NCBI GenBank assembly: GCA_965214095.1
Contig: OZ243938.1
Coordinates: forward strand, 3,648,001-3,712,000
Length of the DNA: 64,000 nucleotides
Source of the DNA: Candidatus Poribacteria bacterium
Lineage (GTDB): Bacteria; Poribacteria; WGA-4E; WGA-3G
Direction of reading: 5' to 3'
Made by a program: the position numbers and the translations under genes. Position 1 is the stretch's first letter; every line of letters begins with the position of its first letter. Shown here in pieces: positions 9,242-20,200 of the stretch. The notes beneath the pieces were generated by a model. The model did no database searches. It was not told the DNA's origin and saw only the letters and a list, made by a program, of their open reading frames with translations.

Positions 9242-10078
9242 TCAACTTGGAAGGGTTGCATGTGCTGTGATATGCGGCGGTAACATGATGGGACGTTTTG
9301 CTGCAGCGACCTCTGCTTGTATTCGGGATGCTAAAGTGTCCACGTCTACTTCCTCAGCAGTAGCGAGCTCGTAAGCCTCTATTAATGGCAACATACTTCG
9401 GAAACTGTTCGCAAGGTATTCAAAACCAGGCCAATCCTCAGGACCACCCATAGGTGCTTCAAAATGCAAAGAAGGTTCTGGTAAACCACCATCAACAAAG
9501 GCTTTATAAAGTTCCATCCCCATTTCAACATGTGCACCTGAACGTTCAAAGGCAGTCCGTCCCCATTCAATCAAGTTATTTATCAAAGGTGTATCTGGAT
9601 GGATAGCAACACTATAAGGTGAGAAATCTACCTCCTGAAACGCCGCAATTCCACCGGGGCGTAAATGAGTTGCTAAATGTTTGAGCGCATCTGCCGGGTC
9701 TGCCATATACATCAGGACGAGTCTACCGACAACCGCATCAAAATCGTTCGGAAGTTCAAGAGTTCGCGTATCGCCTGCAATGAATTCAATGTTTGTGCAT
9801 CCTGCTGCGTCGGCACGGGCTTTCGCCGTTTCAAGAATCTCTGCGTTGACATCCACACCTACCACAGTGCCATCAGCACCAACAAACTCAGCAAGTGTGA
9901 GGGCGACATCGCCAGCACCACTACCGACATCAAGCACTTTCATCCCTTTTGATATACCACTTCTTAAGAAAAATCGGCGGGTAACATCATCGTAGAGTTG
10001 TGATTGCTCAATCAATCGATCCGTTTCTGACTTGCTCCTACCCATTGTATATTCAGCATCTCTGCTTTGATTGCTCAT
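9242..10078 (-). CDS. Class I SAM-dependent methyltransferase
   Basis: VLDVGSGAGD and FDAVVGRLVLMY; ATG 10078 preceded by aggggag RBS. Confidence 0.9.
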   Translation of the reverse strand: MSNQSRDAEYTMGRSKSETDRLIEQSQLYDDVTRRFFLRSGISKGMKVLDVGSGAGDVALTLAEFVGADGTVVGVDVNAEILETAKARADAAGCTNIEFIAGDTRTLELPNDFDAVVGRLVLMYMADPADALKHLATHLRPGGIAAFQEVDFSPYSVAIHPDTPLINNLIEWGRTAFERSGAHVEMGMELYKAFVDGGLPEPSLHFEAPMGGPEDWPGFEYLANSFRSMLPLIEAYELATAEEVDVDTLASRIQAEVAAAKRPIMLPPHITAHATLPS

Positions 10079-10142
10079 GTTAATCTTCTCCCCTTTCAAA
10101 ATATGCAAGGTACAAAGACCTCGCGTGCTAATATGATACTAA

Positions 10143-10500
10143 GTTTATTGTAAAAACCTTGATTATTTACACACTACGGTAGGTTCGGTTTCCTAACCGA
10201 ACCGGCTTTTTGCCAAATACCTTCATAGAGTTTCTCGCGTAGGATCCGGTTCGGTTAGGAAACCGAACCTACCGGCCTGGGGAAAACGCCTAATTTACAC
10301 TAAATTGACGCCTATGGTTCGGTTAGGAAACCGCACCTACCGGTCTGGGGCAAAAACAACACGTCTACCTGATTTATAGTGAATTATAAAATATGTTGAC
10401 ACTTGTTCTATAGGGGCGAACTCCGATTCGCGAATTATTATTATCGAGAATCGGAGTTCGTTCCTACAGATCAAATGCCAAGTTAATTCTAAAATCCACT
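10143..10500. repeat. REP/MITE cluster (solo IS-type end at ~10297..10316; T2-like element 10375..10500)
   Basis: Three main-family REP hairpins, cactaaattgacgcctatg end, and a tatagtgaattataa... element with an internal gaactccgattc / gaatcggagttc doublet. Confidence 0.7.
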
Positions 10501-10514
10501 CTTAGGATACATGT

Positions 10515-13217
10515 TTAGAAACTATAGCCAACTTTGGCATACCAGTATGCGCCATCAAAACCGAAGGGACTAAACTGACCGTACGTGTTCCCAATATCGG
10601 GAGGATTATAAGCATCACCCCTAGTCGCTGGCGTGTCATCTGAATACGCTGGGTTTTCATCTGGATAGGTGTCTAATATATTATTTCCACCTATTGTAAA
10701 TACTATGCCACTATCAGCTGTATAACTTACTTCAAGGTCAACAATAAGCTTACCGGTATAGGTTGCATTATCTTCAGAATCGAACCAATCACCCCAGTAT
10801 CCACCACGAGCGAGGACACCAAAATTATCCATTAATGGTTGGATGACTGTCAGACTTGCACGATGTTTCGGTAAGTTTTCTTCCAATTCCTTAATACGAA
10901 GGTCATCAAGCGTAACCGGATTGTGGTCTGTAACAGTGGTCTGCGTATAATTATACACAGCGATGACATTTCCATCCAAGACTGGAATACTAACAACCGC
11001 ATCAATACCTTGGGTTGTTGTATCAAAGTCATTGGTAAAGAAACGGAATTCTTGTAAATTAGCTGCGCTGGTCACACCCTCAGCAATCAGGTCTTGCTTC
11101 TGTTCTTCTGTGAGTGCGAAATCTTGTGACAGTGCTAAACGGTCTTTCATCCGTATATCAAAAAAGTCCATGGTGAAGTTTACGTCTAAAATATTGACAG
11201 TAAATCCACCAGTAAAGTTTTGTGATGTTTCCGGATCAAGAGCGTTGTCTTCTTCCTCTGTTACAACAGCAACAGCTGGATTGGTTGACGGAATTGTACC
11301 ATTGTTAACCAAATCATTCTTTTCAAAATTGAATTCAGTGGTAACATTGAACGTATTTTGCTGTCCGGGTGTTGGCGCGCGGAAACCACTACTAAAACTA
11401 CCACGAAGTTTCATGGTCTCAGTAATTCCGTAGTTCGTAGCGACTTTATAATTGACTGTAGACCCGAAATCTTCAAAGTTTTCACCACGCACGGCAAGTG
11501 CGACAAGCCAATTGTCAAGCGGTGTGATTTCACTCTCTAAATATGCAGCAACATTTGCGCGATTCCAGGCTCCTGCTGCGATAGGACTGAAACCGGAAAA
11601 ACCGTTGGAAGCAGCAGTGTACCCTTGTGCAGCTAAAGGACCGATCTGATAAGATTCTCTTTGTCCTTCAACGACCTCAAATCCTTCGTTACGATATTCT
11701 AATCCGGCTGCAACATCTACCATTTCGTGAACGGGATATGTCACATCAAAGTTGATGTTATAGTCGGTTTGAACGTAATCACCGGGATTGAAGAATGTTG
11801 GGGTATCTGGGCCAAGTGATGCGTTGACAGTGTTAAAGATAAAGAAATCTGCATAGTGCCGTCCAAAGTACGCACTCAAATCCCAAGTAAGAGGATTTCC
11901 TAACGATTCTTCAAAAGCAGCACCTTTGATACCTATAAGAATTGAGCTATCAGCAGTATCTGCGCCGAATCGAGGTGTGAAACCACCAGGAAACATCTCT
12001 TGGTATGAGAATAAGTTCGGATCATCAAGTACGGCTTGCATTTTGGCAGGATCCGCAGGTACTCCGTTGGCGATTGCTAACCGGCTGGCAGCATCTGTAG
12101 CCACTGTTTCACCAGTTTCAGGATGTGCTAATTGAATATCATCATCATCCTTATTTTCACCTTCACCTAACCCTTGCAAATTTCCAACCAGAAGATAGAA
12201 TTCGTCAGGATTATCGTCATCATCTAAATCTACATTACGTCCAAACACACCACTACGGGTATTGGGATTTCTGAAGTAGAAACCACCTTCAACACGTTTG
12301 CTGGCATAATTGGCATGTCCATAGAATTCCATAGAATCAGTTAACTGACTGCCGTAGTTAGCAAAGAATTTGAAATCACCGTCTACAATCGGTTGTCCCC
12401 AAATTTGTGCGGGGTCTCTGACATCAAAATTCCCAGCATTCGTTAAAGCGGTTGCGTCATATCGTTGAACAGATCTGATAGTAGGATCCGCACCACCGTA
12501 TTCTACACTTAGGTTTGTCCAGGTCTCTGGCGTACCCAAACCAATATTACCTGCGATAGCATACTGACGACCATCACCATATTGATAGATACCCGGCTTA
12601 AATTCAAAACTTCCACCTTGATAATCGTCTTTCAATTGGAAGTTCATCACACCAGCAATTGCATCTGAACCGTATTGAGCTGATGCACCATCACGTAGCA
12701 CTTCAACTTGTTTCAATGCGATGGATGGAATAGGTGACAAGTCGGGTCCCTGAGCCCCGTCAGCTAATCCATTTCCGAGCCAGTGAATCACAGCGGCACG
12801 GTGCCGTCTTTTGTTGTTCACCAACACAAGCGTGTGGTCAGGTGCTAATCCACGTAGGTTCGCAGGACGCACGATGGTGCCTGCATCACTAATCGGTTGT
12901 GTGTTGACGTTGTAAGATGGCACTAACGTTCTTAACAGATTCGGTAAATCTGCACCACCCTGTTTCGCGAAATCCTCTTGTGAAACTATATCAATAGGCA
13001 CCGCGGATTCAAGTACTGAACGCGGTTTCAAACGGTTACCTACCACCACGACACTTTTAAGTTCTGCTACATCTGCTTCAGCGGTCGTATCAGTTGATTC
13101 AGCTTCCTCTGAACTTTCTTCTTCCTGAGCTATAGAGATAGGAATTAAAACCATTCCTACAGCAAAGGCAATAAGTAGCATAATCAGAATTGGCCTACTA
13201 ATCAATGTGACATTCAT
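10515..13217 (-). CDS. TonB-dependent outer-membrane receptor
   Basis: TonB box SVVVVG, plug LRGLAPDHTLVLVNNKR and VEVLRDGASAQYGSDAIAGVMNF, C-terminal YAKVGYSF. Confidence 0.96.
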   Translation of the reverse strand: MNVTLISRPILIMLLIAFAVGMVLIPISIAQEEESSEEAESTDTTAEADVAELKSVVVVGNRLKPRSVLESAVPIDIVSQEDFAKQGGADLPNLLRTLVPSYNVNTQPISDAGTIVRPANLRGLAPDHTLVLVNNKRRHRAAVIHWLGNGLADGAQGPDLSPIPSIALKQVEVLRDGASAQYGSDAIAGVMNFQLKDDYQGGSFEFKPGIYQYGDGRQYAIAGNIGLGTPETWTNLSVEYGGADPTIRSVQRYDATALTNAGNFDVRDPAQIWGQPIVDGDFKFFANYGSQLTDSMEFYGHANYASKRVEGGFYFRNPNTRSGVFGRNVDLDDDDNPDEFYLLVGNLQGLGEGENKDDDDIQLAHPETGETVATDAASRLAIANGVPADPAKMQAVLDDPNLFSYQEMFPGGFTPRFGADTADSSILIGIKGAAFEESLGNPLTWDLSAYFGRHYADFFIFNTVNASLGPDTPTFFNPGDYVQTDYNINFDVTYPVHEMVDVAAGLEYRNEGFEVVEGQRESYQIGPLAAQGYTAASNGFSGFSPIAAGAWNRANVAAYLESEITPLDNWLVALAVRGENFEDFGSTVNYKVATNYGITETMKLRGSFSSGFRAPTPGQQNTFNVTTEFNFEKNDLVNNGTIPSTNPAVAVVTEEEDNALDPETSQNFTGGFTVNILDVNFTMDFFDIRMKDRLALSQDFALTEEQKQDLIAEGVTSAANLQEFRFFTNDFDTTTQGIDAVVSIPVLDGNVIAVYNYTQTTVTDHNPVTLDDLRIKELEENLPKHRASLTVIQPLMDNFGVLARGGYWGDWFDSEDNATYTGKLIVDLEVSYTADSGIVFTIGGNNILDTYPDENPAYSDDTPATRGDAYNPPDIGNTYGQFSPFGFDGAYWYAKVGYSF

Positions 13218-13413
13218 AAAAATATTAACTCCTTAGGTGTTCTTGTTTAGAAGTACTTATCTGTTCAAAAACGGATAATACTTCAGGTTAAGACTCAATA
13301 TTGGTAAGAAAGGTTTAACGAAAGACCAATATGTGAAATACATAGTAATGTATGCATGTAGTATAATACAATATTCACTTGAATTCAAAAGAAATTATTG
13401 TTATAGTTATTTT

Positions 13414-14163
13414 ATGCTAATATTATATTTAGTGATTGCATTGGTAACAGTGGTATTCGGTGCTGGAATTGCTATCATTTTTGAGGACAAACAGGTTGAA
13501 TTCCGTATTATATTCGGTTTTACTGCCGGTGCTGTCCTCGGTTTCGTGTTATATTTGATGGTCCATCTCTTCACTGACGTAGGCTATCCCATAGTTTTAG
13601 TGATGTGGGGTGGTTTTCTTTTTATATGGTTGTTAGAGTATCTTACACATCGGATACGGAAGCAGATAAATACGAATGCAGAGACACACAAGCAAAATAT
13701 CTGGGGAGTCAACATCACTCTGATCGGCTTATCCATCCACTCAATTGCAGATGGATTCAACCTCAGTATAGCTGCGGAGGAAGGAACATTCGGTATTGCA
13801 CTTGCACTCGGCGTTCTACTTCACCGATTGCCAGTCGCAACAGTTTTAACAACAGCCTTGCACCGAGTTTATGGCGTTGGACGCACAGCATTATGGCTTG
13901 CTCCGTTTATAATCGCGCCATTCATTGGTGCATTTATGGGAGAACAGTTACTGCATGGAGTCTTTGAAGAGTTCGTTGACTATTTATTGCCATTTGCAGC
14001 AGGGACATTATTGCACGTTGTGATGGATGGTATGAAGGGTGGTTGTGTGGCATCGGAAGAAAAGATGAGTAGGACAACGAAAATAGCATTCGTTATTGGA
14101 TTGATTATAACGCTATGTGCATTTTATTTTATTCCGGGTTTAGAGCATGACCATGCACACTAA
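13414..14163 (+). CDS. ZIP-family divalent metal transporter
   Basis: Multi-TM; HSIADG, LLHRLP and AAGTLLHV motifs; His-rich tail. Start re-placed to ATG 13414. Confidence 0.85.
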   Translation: MLILYLVIALVTVVFGAGIAIIFEDKQVEFRIIFGFTAGAVLGFVLYLMVHLFTDVGYPIVLVMWGGFLFIWLLEYLTHRIRKQINTNAETHKQNIWGVNITLIGLSIHSIADGFNLSIAAEEGTFGIALALGVLLHRLPVATVLTTALHRVYGVGRTALWLAPFIIAPFIGAFMGEQLLHGVFEEFVDYLLPFAAGTLLHVVMDGMKGGCVASEEKMSRTTKIAFVIGLIITLCAFYFIPGLEHDHAH

Positions 14164-14569
14164 AGGTATTTTGCACAAATCCGGTTCGGTTAGGAAACCG
14201 AACCTACCGAACCATAGGCGTTTTCTCCAGGCTGGTAGGTGCGGTTTCCTAACCGCACGGAACTTGTGCGAGAACCTCCATGAAGGTATTTTGCACAAAT
14301 CCGGTTCGGTTAGGAAACCGAACCTACCGAACCATAGGCGTTTTCTCCAGGCTGGTAGGTGCGGTTTCCTAACCGCACGGAACTTGTGCGAGAACCTCCA
14401 TGAAGGTATTTTGCACAAATCCGGTTCGGTTAGGAAACCGAACCTACCGAACCATAGGCGTTTTCTCCAGGCTGGTAGGTTCGGTTTCCTAACCGCACGG
14501 AACCTGTGCGAGAACCTCTATGAAGGTATTTTGCACAAATCCGGTTCGGTTAGGAAACCGAATCTACCG
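14163..14569. repeat. Tandem array of a 120-bp REP-doublet unit (~3.4 copies)
   Basis: aaggtattttgcacaaatccggttcgg... recurs at 14163, 14283, 14403 and 14523; units almost identical. Confidence 0.95.
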
Positions 14570-14662
14570 CTGATAGAAAGTGTAGATATAATTCTATGCT
14601 TCTCCATAATACCAATTAATAAATAAATCTTCATACGGGCTAAAGAGCATTTTAAGAAAAAA

Positions 14663-17200
14663 ATGTGGACAAAATTACCTGAATTTGTAAAGAAATACTT
14701 AATATGTAGGTATTTAGCACAAGTCGTTATACTGATAACAGTGTGCTGTCTATATATTAATGTAACACATGTATTCGCCGCAGATATTCCGATTGTTATA
14801 TCAGGTGTACCTCGAGCGACTATTCAGATCGGTGCAAACGCGTCAATCCAAGAACGATTTGCCGCAGAAGAAATCCAGACATTCATTGAGAAATTGACAA
14901 GTGCGAAACTTGAACTACTTACCAACCAACAACCGACCACAACCCGTACAGTTATCGTCTTAGGCACACTCACCTCCAACCCGACAATCCGTTCACTACA
15001 AACAGAGACAGGATTAGATTTACCCGAAAATATTGGCGATGAAGGGTATCAGATAAAATCCGCTGATCTCGGTTCTGAAATCGTCATTATTATAAGTGCA
15101 CATACACCACGCGGTGTGATTTATGGGGTTTACGGTTTCATTGAAGCATGTATTACGGCATTGACAGGTCTCAATCCTGTCCATCCCGATATTGCGGTAG
15201 AACGCACACCAACGTTGCGAATACCCTCACTTGACGAAACTTCACGTCCATTTTATCCTGTTCGTGCTGTCCTTGAAATAGATGACCCCGATTGGCTCGC
15301 AAGGCAACGCGTCAATATGAGTGGGGGTGAAGGTATATGGACAGGTACCGGTATTGAAGATGGATTCGGAACTGCTTTCAAGTATGTAGACTCCCCTGCA
15401 TTCGCTTCCTTCCAAGATGAACCCCGCACACAACGTTTAAAAAGAATTGAAACACTCCAAAGCCGTTTCTCCGCACTAAATAAACGTGGCATTGACGCAT
15501 ATCTATTTATGTATCTGACAGGTGAACCGACTGAGGCACTCATAAAAGCACGACCAGACCTATTAGGTCCAGAGGTGTTGTATGGGGCATCACGGAACGA
15601 AGTATCCTATAGACCTTTCTGTTGGACAAATCCTGAATTCCACACGCTTGCACGCCAATTAACGCAGGAGATAGTCAAGACATATCCTGCACTTGCTGGA
15701 TTTCATCTACGTTCTTGGGGACATGAAACGCGGGCATGCAACTGTCCCGATTGCGGTGACCGATCTCCGCAGGGACAAGCAAAACTCTGGGATGTCTACT
15801 TCACCATTATCAAGGCTGCACAAGATATAAGACCCGATTTCAAATTCTATCTATCGGGATATAATAGAAGTTGGCTACAGGATCCAGATGGCACCTATGC
15901 ACGTCAATTGCCAAAAGGCACTATTTTTTCACAAAAATGGGGTGCTGATGGTGAACCAGTCGTTGATCCGAATATATCTTTTGCACAGATGAACACTCTT
16001 GGAGAGATGGGACACCGATTTATTGTCCTCTCACATGACGTTGAGGAGGTGATGCCGTTTTGGATGATTGAAAGCGATATCTTTGTACAAGGTGTGCGTC
16101 AACTTGCAAACTCCCGTGAAGCAGTCGGATTGAGCGGGTTCACTGTACAAGGTGCATCAGAAGGTTTGGGATACCTTGACCGACTCGTGAGTGCTCGCAT
16201 AAATTGGGATACTAAAATAGACCACCACCAATTAATACGTAATGAATTGATGGCAAAATACAGAGACAAACAGGCGGTTGAGTTGATCGTCAGCGCGTTG
16301 CGTATCAACGGTTTCACCTTAGCAAGTTATTTCTCCGATTATGCAAGTTCCATATCCATCGGTGGCAGTTACGGTACAGGTTCTGCGGGTTTGGCAACAC
16401 GGTTTTGGAACTTGATCGGTAGCAAAGCAGTTGAGAACACCTTGTTAATACCAGAACTAAAAATAGCCCAAACATCAGTCAACCGATTCACAGCACTTTT
16501 GCCACCACAACTCCGCGCTGCCAATGAGATGTGGCAGGCACGCGAACTCGCTGAACCGATAGACCCCGAAGCATCACAAGACCTAACCGATGCCGTGCAT
16601 CTGATGCAGCTATGGATGTTGCTCTTTCAAAGCAGAGAAAAACTGGTGGAAGCGATCGCACTCGGCTATGAAAGAAACACTGGGAGTGCTATCAATGCAA
16701 AACTTGCAAGTGCCACAGAGTTCTCAAAAGCAATGCAACCGTTGATGAAGGAATTTCACGAATTTGGTCCGCTTTTCGGATATTCACACCAGACGAATGA
16801 GGTCGAACTGACGAGGACATTAATAGATGAGGCAGCATGGCTTTCCCGATTCGACTATCGCTCGCTCCAAAAACATGATGAAACTTTCACACCAGAGGAA
16901 ACTGAATTCCGTATCTCCGATGTGCATAACTTTCCTAATCCTCTCAAACGTAAAACCACATTTACTTATATCTTGACCCTTGATGCGGATGCGGTGCAAA
17001 TAACGATTTATACCTCCGCAGGCCGACGTATTCAAACGTTGAAAGATGTTTCCGCGAAAGAGGGGTACAACGAAACCACATGGAACGCGCATGATGCTGA
17101 TGGTAGACCGCTTGCCAATGGTGTTTATTTCTACAAAATACGTGCTGTTCACGATGATAAGAAGGTTGAAAGTATCCACCGTTTGGCTGTGATTAGGTAA
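14663..17200 (+). CDS. Secreted glycoside-hydrolase-like protein (GH20/GH67-type N-terminal domain, CxCxxC, C-terminal FlgD-Ig/T9SS-like domain)
   Basis: EGYQI...IISAHTPRGVIYGVY N-domain; ACNCPDC; NFPNP...TIYTSAGRRI...WNAHDADGRPLANGVYFYKI C-terminal domain. Confidence 0.7.
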   Translation: MWTKLPEFVKKYLICRYLAQVVILITVCCLYINVTHVFAADIPIVISGVPRATIQIGANASIQERFAAEEIQTFIEKLTSAKLELLTNQQPTTTRTVIVLGTLTSNPTIRSLQTETGLDLPENIGDEGYQIKSADLGSEIVIIISAHTPRGVIYGVYGFIEACITALTGLNPVHPDIAVERTPTLRIPSLDETSRPFYPVRAVLEIDDPDWLARQRVNMSGGEGIWTGTGIEDGFGTAFKYVDSPAFASFQDEPRTQRLKRIETLQSRFSALNKRGIDAYLFMYLTGEPTEALIKARPDLLGPEVLYGASRNEVSYRPFCWTNPEFHTLARQLTQEIVKTYPALAGFHLRSWGHETRACNCPDCGDRSPQGQAKLWDVYFTIIKAAQDIRPDFKFYLSGYNRSWLQDPDGTYARQLPKGTIFSQKWGADGEPVVDPNISFAQMNTLGEMGHRFIVLSHDVEEVMPFWMIESDIFVQGVRQLANSREAVGLSGFTVQGASEGLGYLDRLVSARINWDTKIDHHQLIRNELMAKYRDKQAVELIVSALRINGFTLASYFSDYASSISIGGSYGTGSAGLATRFWNLIGSKAVENTLLIPELKIAQTSVNRFTALLPPQLRAANEMWQARELAEPIDPEASQDLTDAVHLMQLWMLLFQSREKLVEAIALGYERNTGSAINAKLASATEFSKAMQPLMKEFHEFGPLFGYSHQTNEVELTRTLIDEAAWLSRFDYRSLQKHDETFTPEETEFRISDVHNFPNPLKRKTTFTYILTLDADAVQITIYTSAGRRIQTLKDVSAKEGYNETTWNAHDADGRPLANGVYFYKIRAVHDDKKVESIHRLAVIR

Positions 17201-17224
17201 TCCGGTTCGGTTAGGAAACCGAAC

Positions 17225-20200
17225 CTACCGTGTCTGGTGATTATCCTGCGGAAGGGAATAAACCCCACGCCGCACGCGAACAATCTTCCCCTCATCCAAA
17301 AGACGTTTCAACTCATTGCCTATTGCCTGAGGACTACTGTCAATCGCTGCAACCAACGATGCCGTTGTTTTCTCGGGTCCAGAAGATAACAAAAACAGGA
17401 TCTGCTCTCGATAACTCACACGAGGGATGTTGCCGCCACGCAGTTTGTTCAACACACGATTCGCTTGCCTTGAGGAACATCCTAAAACCCGTTCCACCTC
17501 TTTTCGCGGGGTGTCAGCATTGAGGTTCTCACGTTCTGCCTCAAAACGTTCGCGTGTGCGTATCGTCTCCTCAAGTTTATCTAAACGACCAGCAACCTCA
17601 AAGTCTTCCCAGTCAAAAAGCAACGTTTCCGGTCTATCGCTGATGTCCGGTAGGTAAAAGTTGTTCAACATTACAACCGTTTTACCACTACATCTATTCA
17701 TACCTACGCGTCCAACAATCAGTGTCAGTAAGCCTGAGATATTTTGATGATAGACCTCTTGTATCCGTTCATCTGCATTGTCGTGATCCACCCACACTTC
17801 TTCATCGTATTTAAGGGGTTTCTCGTCGTTCCCGAACAACATCTGAGCTTGTTGCCAAATGTCGCGTTGTCTCCATTTCGGCGTGCCAACTATCCATAAC
17901 ACCTGGACTGCATCAAGATCTATATCCTCATAGAATAACGATTTGAAACTCTGAATAAAACGGACATGTGGCATTTCTGTCATATCCGATAACTTTTTGA
18001 CAATTTGGTAATTTGCAAAAATCGCATGTCTTCTGCTGACATCTCTTTCAATTTCTGCACGGATACCCCGAATATAACGTTCTCCTATTTTAGACAATTC
18101 CACTCTGCTTGTGGGACTATTGTTGTTTAGTACTTCATTGAGAGTGCTGCTACTTGAACGGATTTGAAAGACTCTGTTTTCAGGCATCCACGTTGTCGGT
18201 TCAACACGAACAACATCCATATCTTCGGATGGGAAAGCACGGCGAAGTTGTTCCTTGCTAAGGAATGGTGAGATTATCAGCAGACGTTTGATGTTCGGAT
18301 GGAGTCTCGGTGGCAGCCAAAACGACAGCAATCTATCAGACAACTGCATCGGGGCATCAGTATCGCGTGGGTAATGTTCAAAAAAGTGTGTCAACTGATG
18401 CCAATACGTCCACTCAGGATCCGAACAGACGGTGGGGAATAGTTCAATGTTTTCTAAAGTTCGGACATCAAGCACACCTAATCTGACCGCCTCCGTCATC
18501 TGCATCGGTATAGAAATATCTTCGTTAGTGGTATGGGCTGGTGGTGATATAGTAGGCAGACCGATGTCGTGCAGTCTATCCTTTGCATCTGCATCCAACG
18601 GGATGTAGGCGGTTGCCCTCTTTTGTGCATCAATATTGTCAAAGACAATGGCGAAGTTTGACAATACCTTGCCAGATTCCGTGTCAACAGTTTTACGCGC
18701 CAACACGCTACCGCGTACATTAATGTAACACATCTGTTCAATTATCTGATCTTCGTATTGTTTGAAAGTTTCAACGGCAACTCGAACCTGTCTGATAGGA
18801 TTACTTAAGGGTGCCACTTGTGTTTCAAGGGCATTTAAAATTGCGACTGCAAAGTTACCCAAGGCACATCCCTTCCAGTTAGCAATCCATTCCTCTAAAA
18901 CTGTTTTGGTTAATACACATTGAAAAAATAGGTCTTTTATCGTTGATCTATGTTCATCAATGATACAGATACGTTCTTCATCTACATCTTCGAATAAGTG
19001 TTGTATCAAGTGGACATGTCTCGGCTGAAAAAACAGTTTATTAACTGGTGATATCTGTGCGTAGGCACTTTGCATTGCTTGCGGTTGTGATAAATATCCG
19101 CGTTCTTGGCATGCAGTATAAACGGGACAGTTTGGACAGATATTTTCACTTGCATTGCCGCCCTTGTCCATAAATGTTTTGATTCGCTCAGGGTCCTCAC
19201 ACACATTACCGTGTTGGAAGGGGTTTGCCATGCGGTCTTCTATCGGTATATCTTTAATCTGATTCCAACGGTAAAATATGGATCGCCAACGCACGACGGA
19301 GGCCAGATTTTTTGTTGCATATCGTTCAGCTGCCGCATCTGCATATTCACGACTGGCTATATTCAAAAATGTGGCATGGTTATTTAACAAATACGTTTCT
19401 GCTTCAGTGTTCCTGAAGATTCCATCTTCGGTAGTAGTGAGTGCAAGTATGCGCGTATCGCGCTTCAAAATCTGTTTCAACCCCGATGTCTGTTCCTGAA
19501 TTGATTTATAGTGCTTAGCGACTGCCTTTTGTTTGTACAGTTTTGGTGTTGGTCGTTTTATTGTCAACGGACTTAAATCACCTTCACGAATTGACACTAC
19601 TTTTTTACTCACAAGATTTGAGGGTGAAATGCCTGTGTCGTCCCATATCTGTTATGGCAACAGCACGCGTAGGTATATCTGTATGTGGTGGTGTTGCGCG
19701 TACCCATACAATCCCTTGGTCCTCCCATAACGATACGTACTTAACAGCACCGTTTTCGTCATGAAGTTCCCAATGATGACACCCATCTTCTACACGCAGA
19801 TAAGAATAACCGCGCTTCAAGAACGCTACTTTGGCAAGATCAAGATTTGGTGAACTAAAAGAGGAGAGAGACACATCTTCAGTGTCTGAAATCTCCTCTT
19901 GTGGTAGTTCAGTTTCATGAAATGCCTCGCGGAGTTGATATATAGGGACAAATAGTACTTCTTTGGAAATAACAGGCGGGTCCAACAGATTACCCATTAG
20001 AATCTCATACCGCAAATCCCATTGACTATAACCTTCGTTCCCAAGAACTTCCAAGTAGACAACACGACGGTTCGGATCATCTTCCGTTGGTTGATCCTTA
20101 TAGATATAAAATCGCTTTTCATCAGTATTGGCATGTAAATATTCCTGAATTCGACAAGAGAAGCGAAGTCCGCCTGATTTTGTCAACGTCAACAAGGGGG

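Noticed and set aside
14140-14626. ORFs 14147..14626 (+) and 14140..14418 (-) as repeat proteins
   Set aside because: They are translations of the 120-bp REP satellite, open only because the period is a multiple of 3; no RBS or domain evidence.
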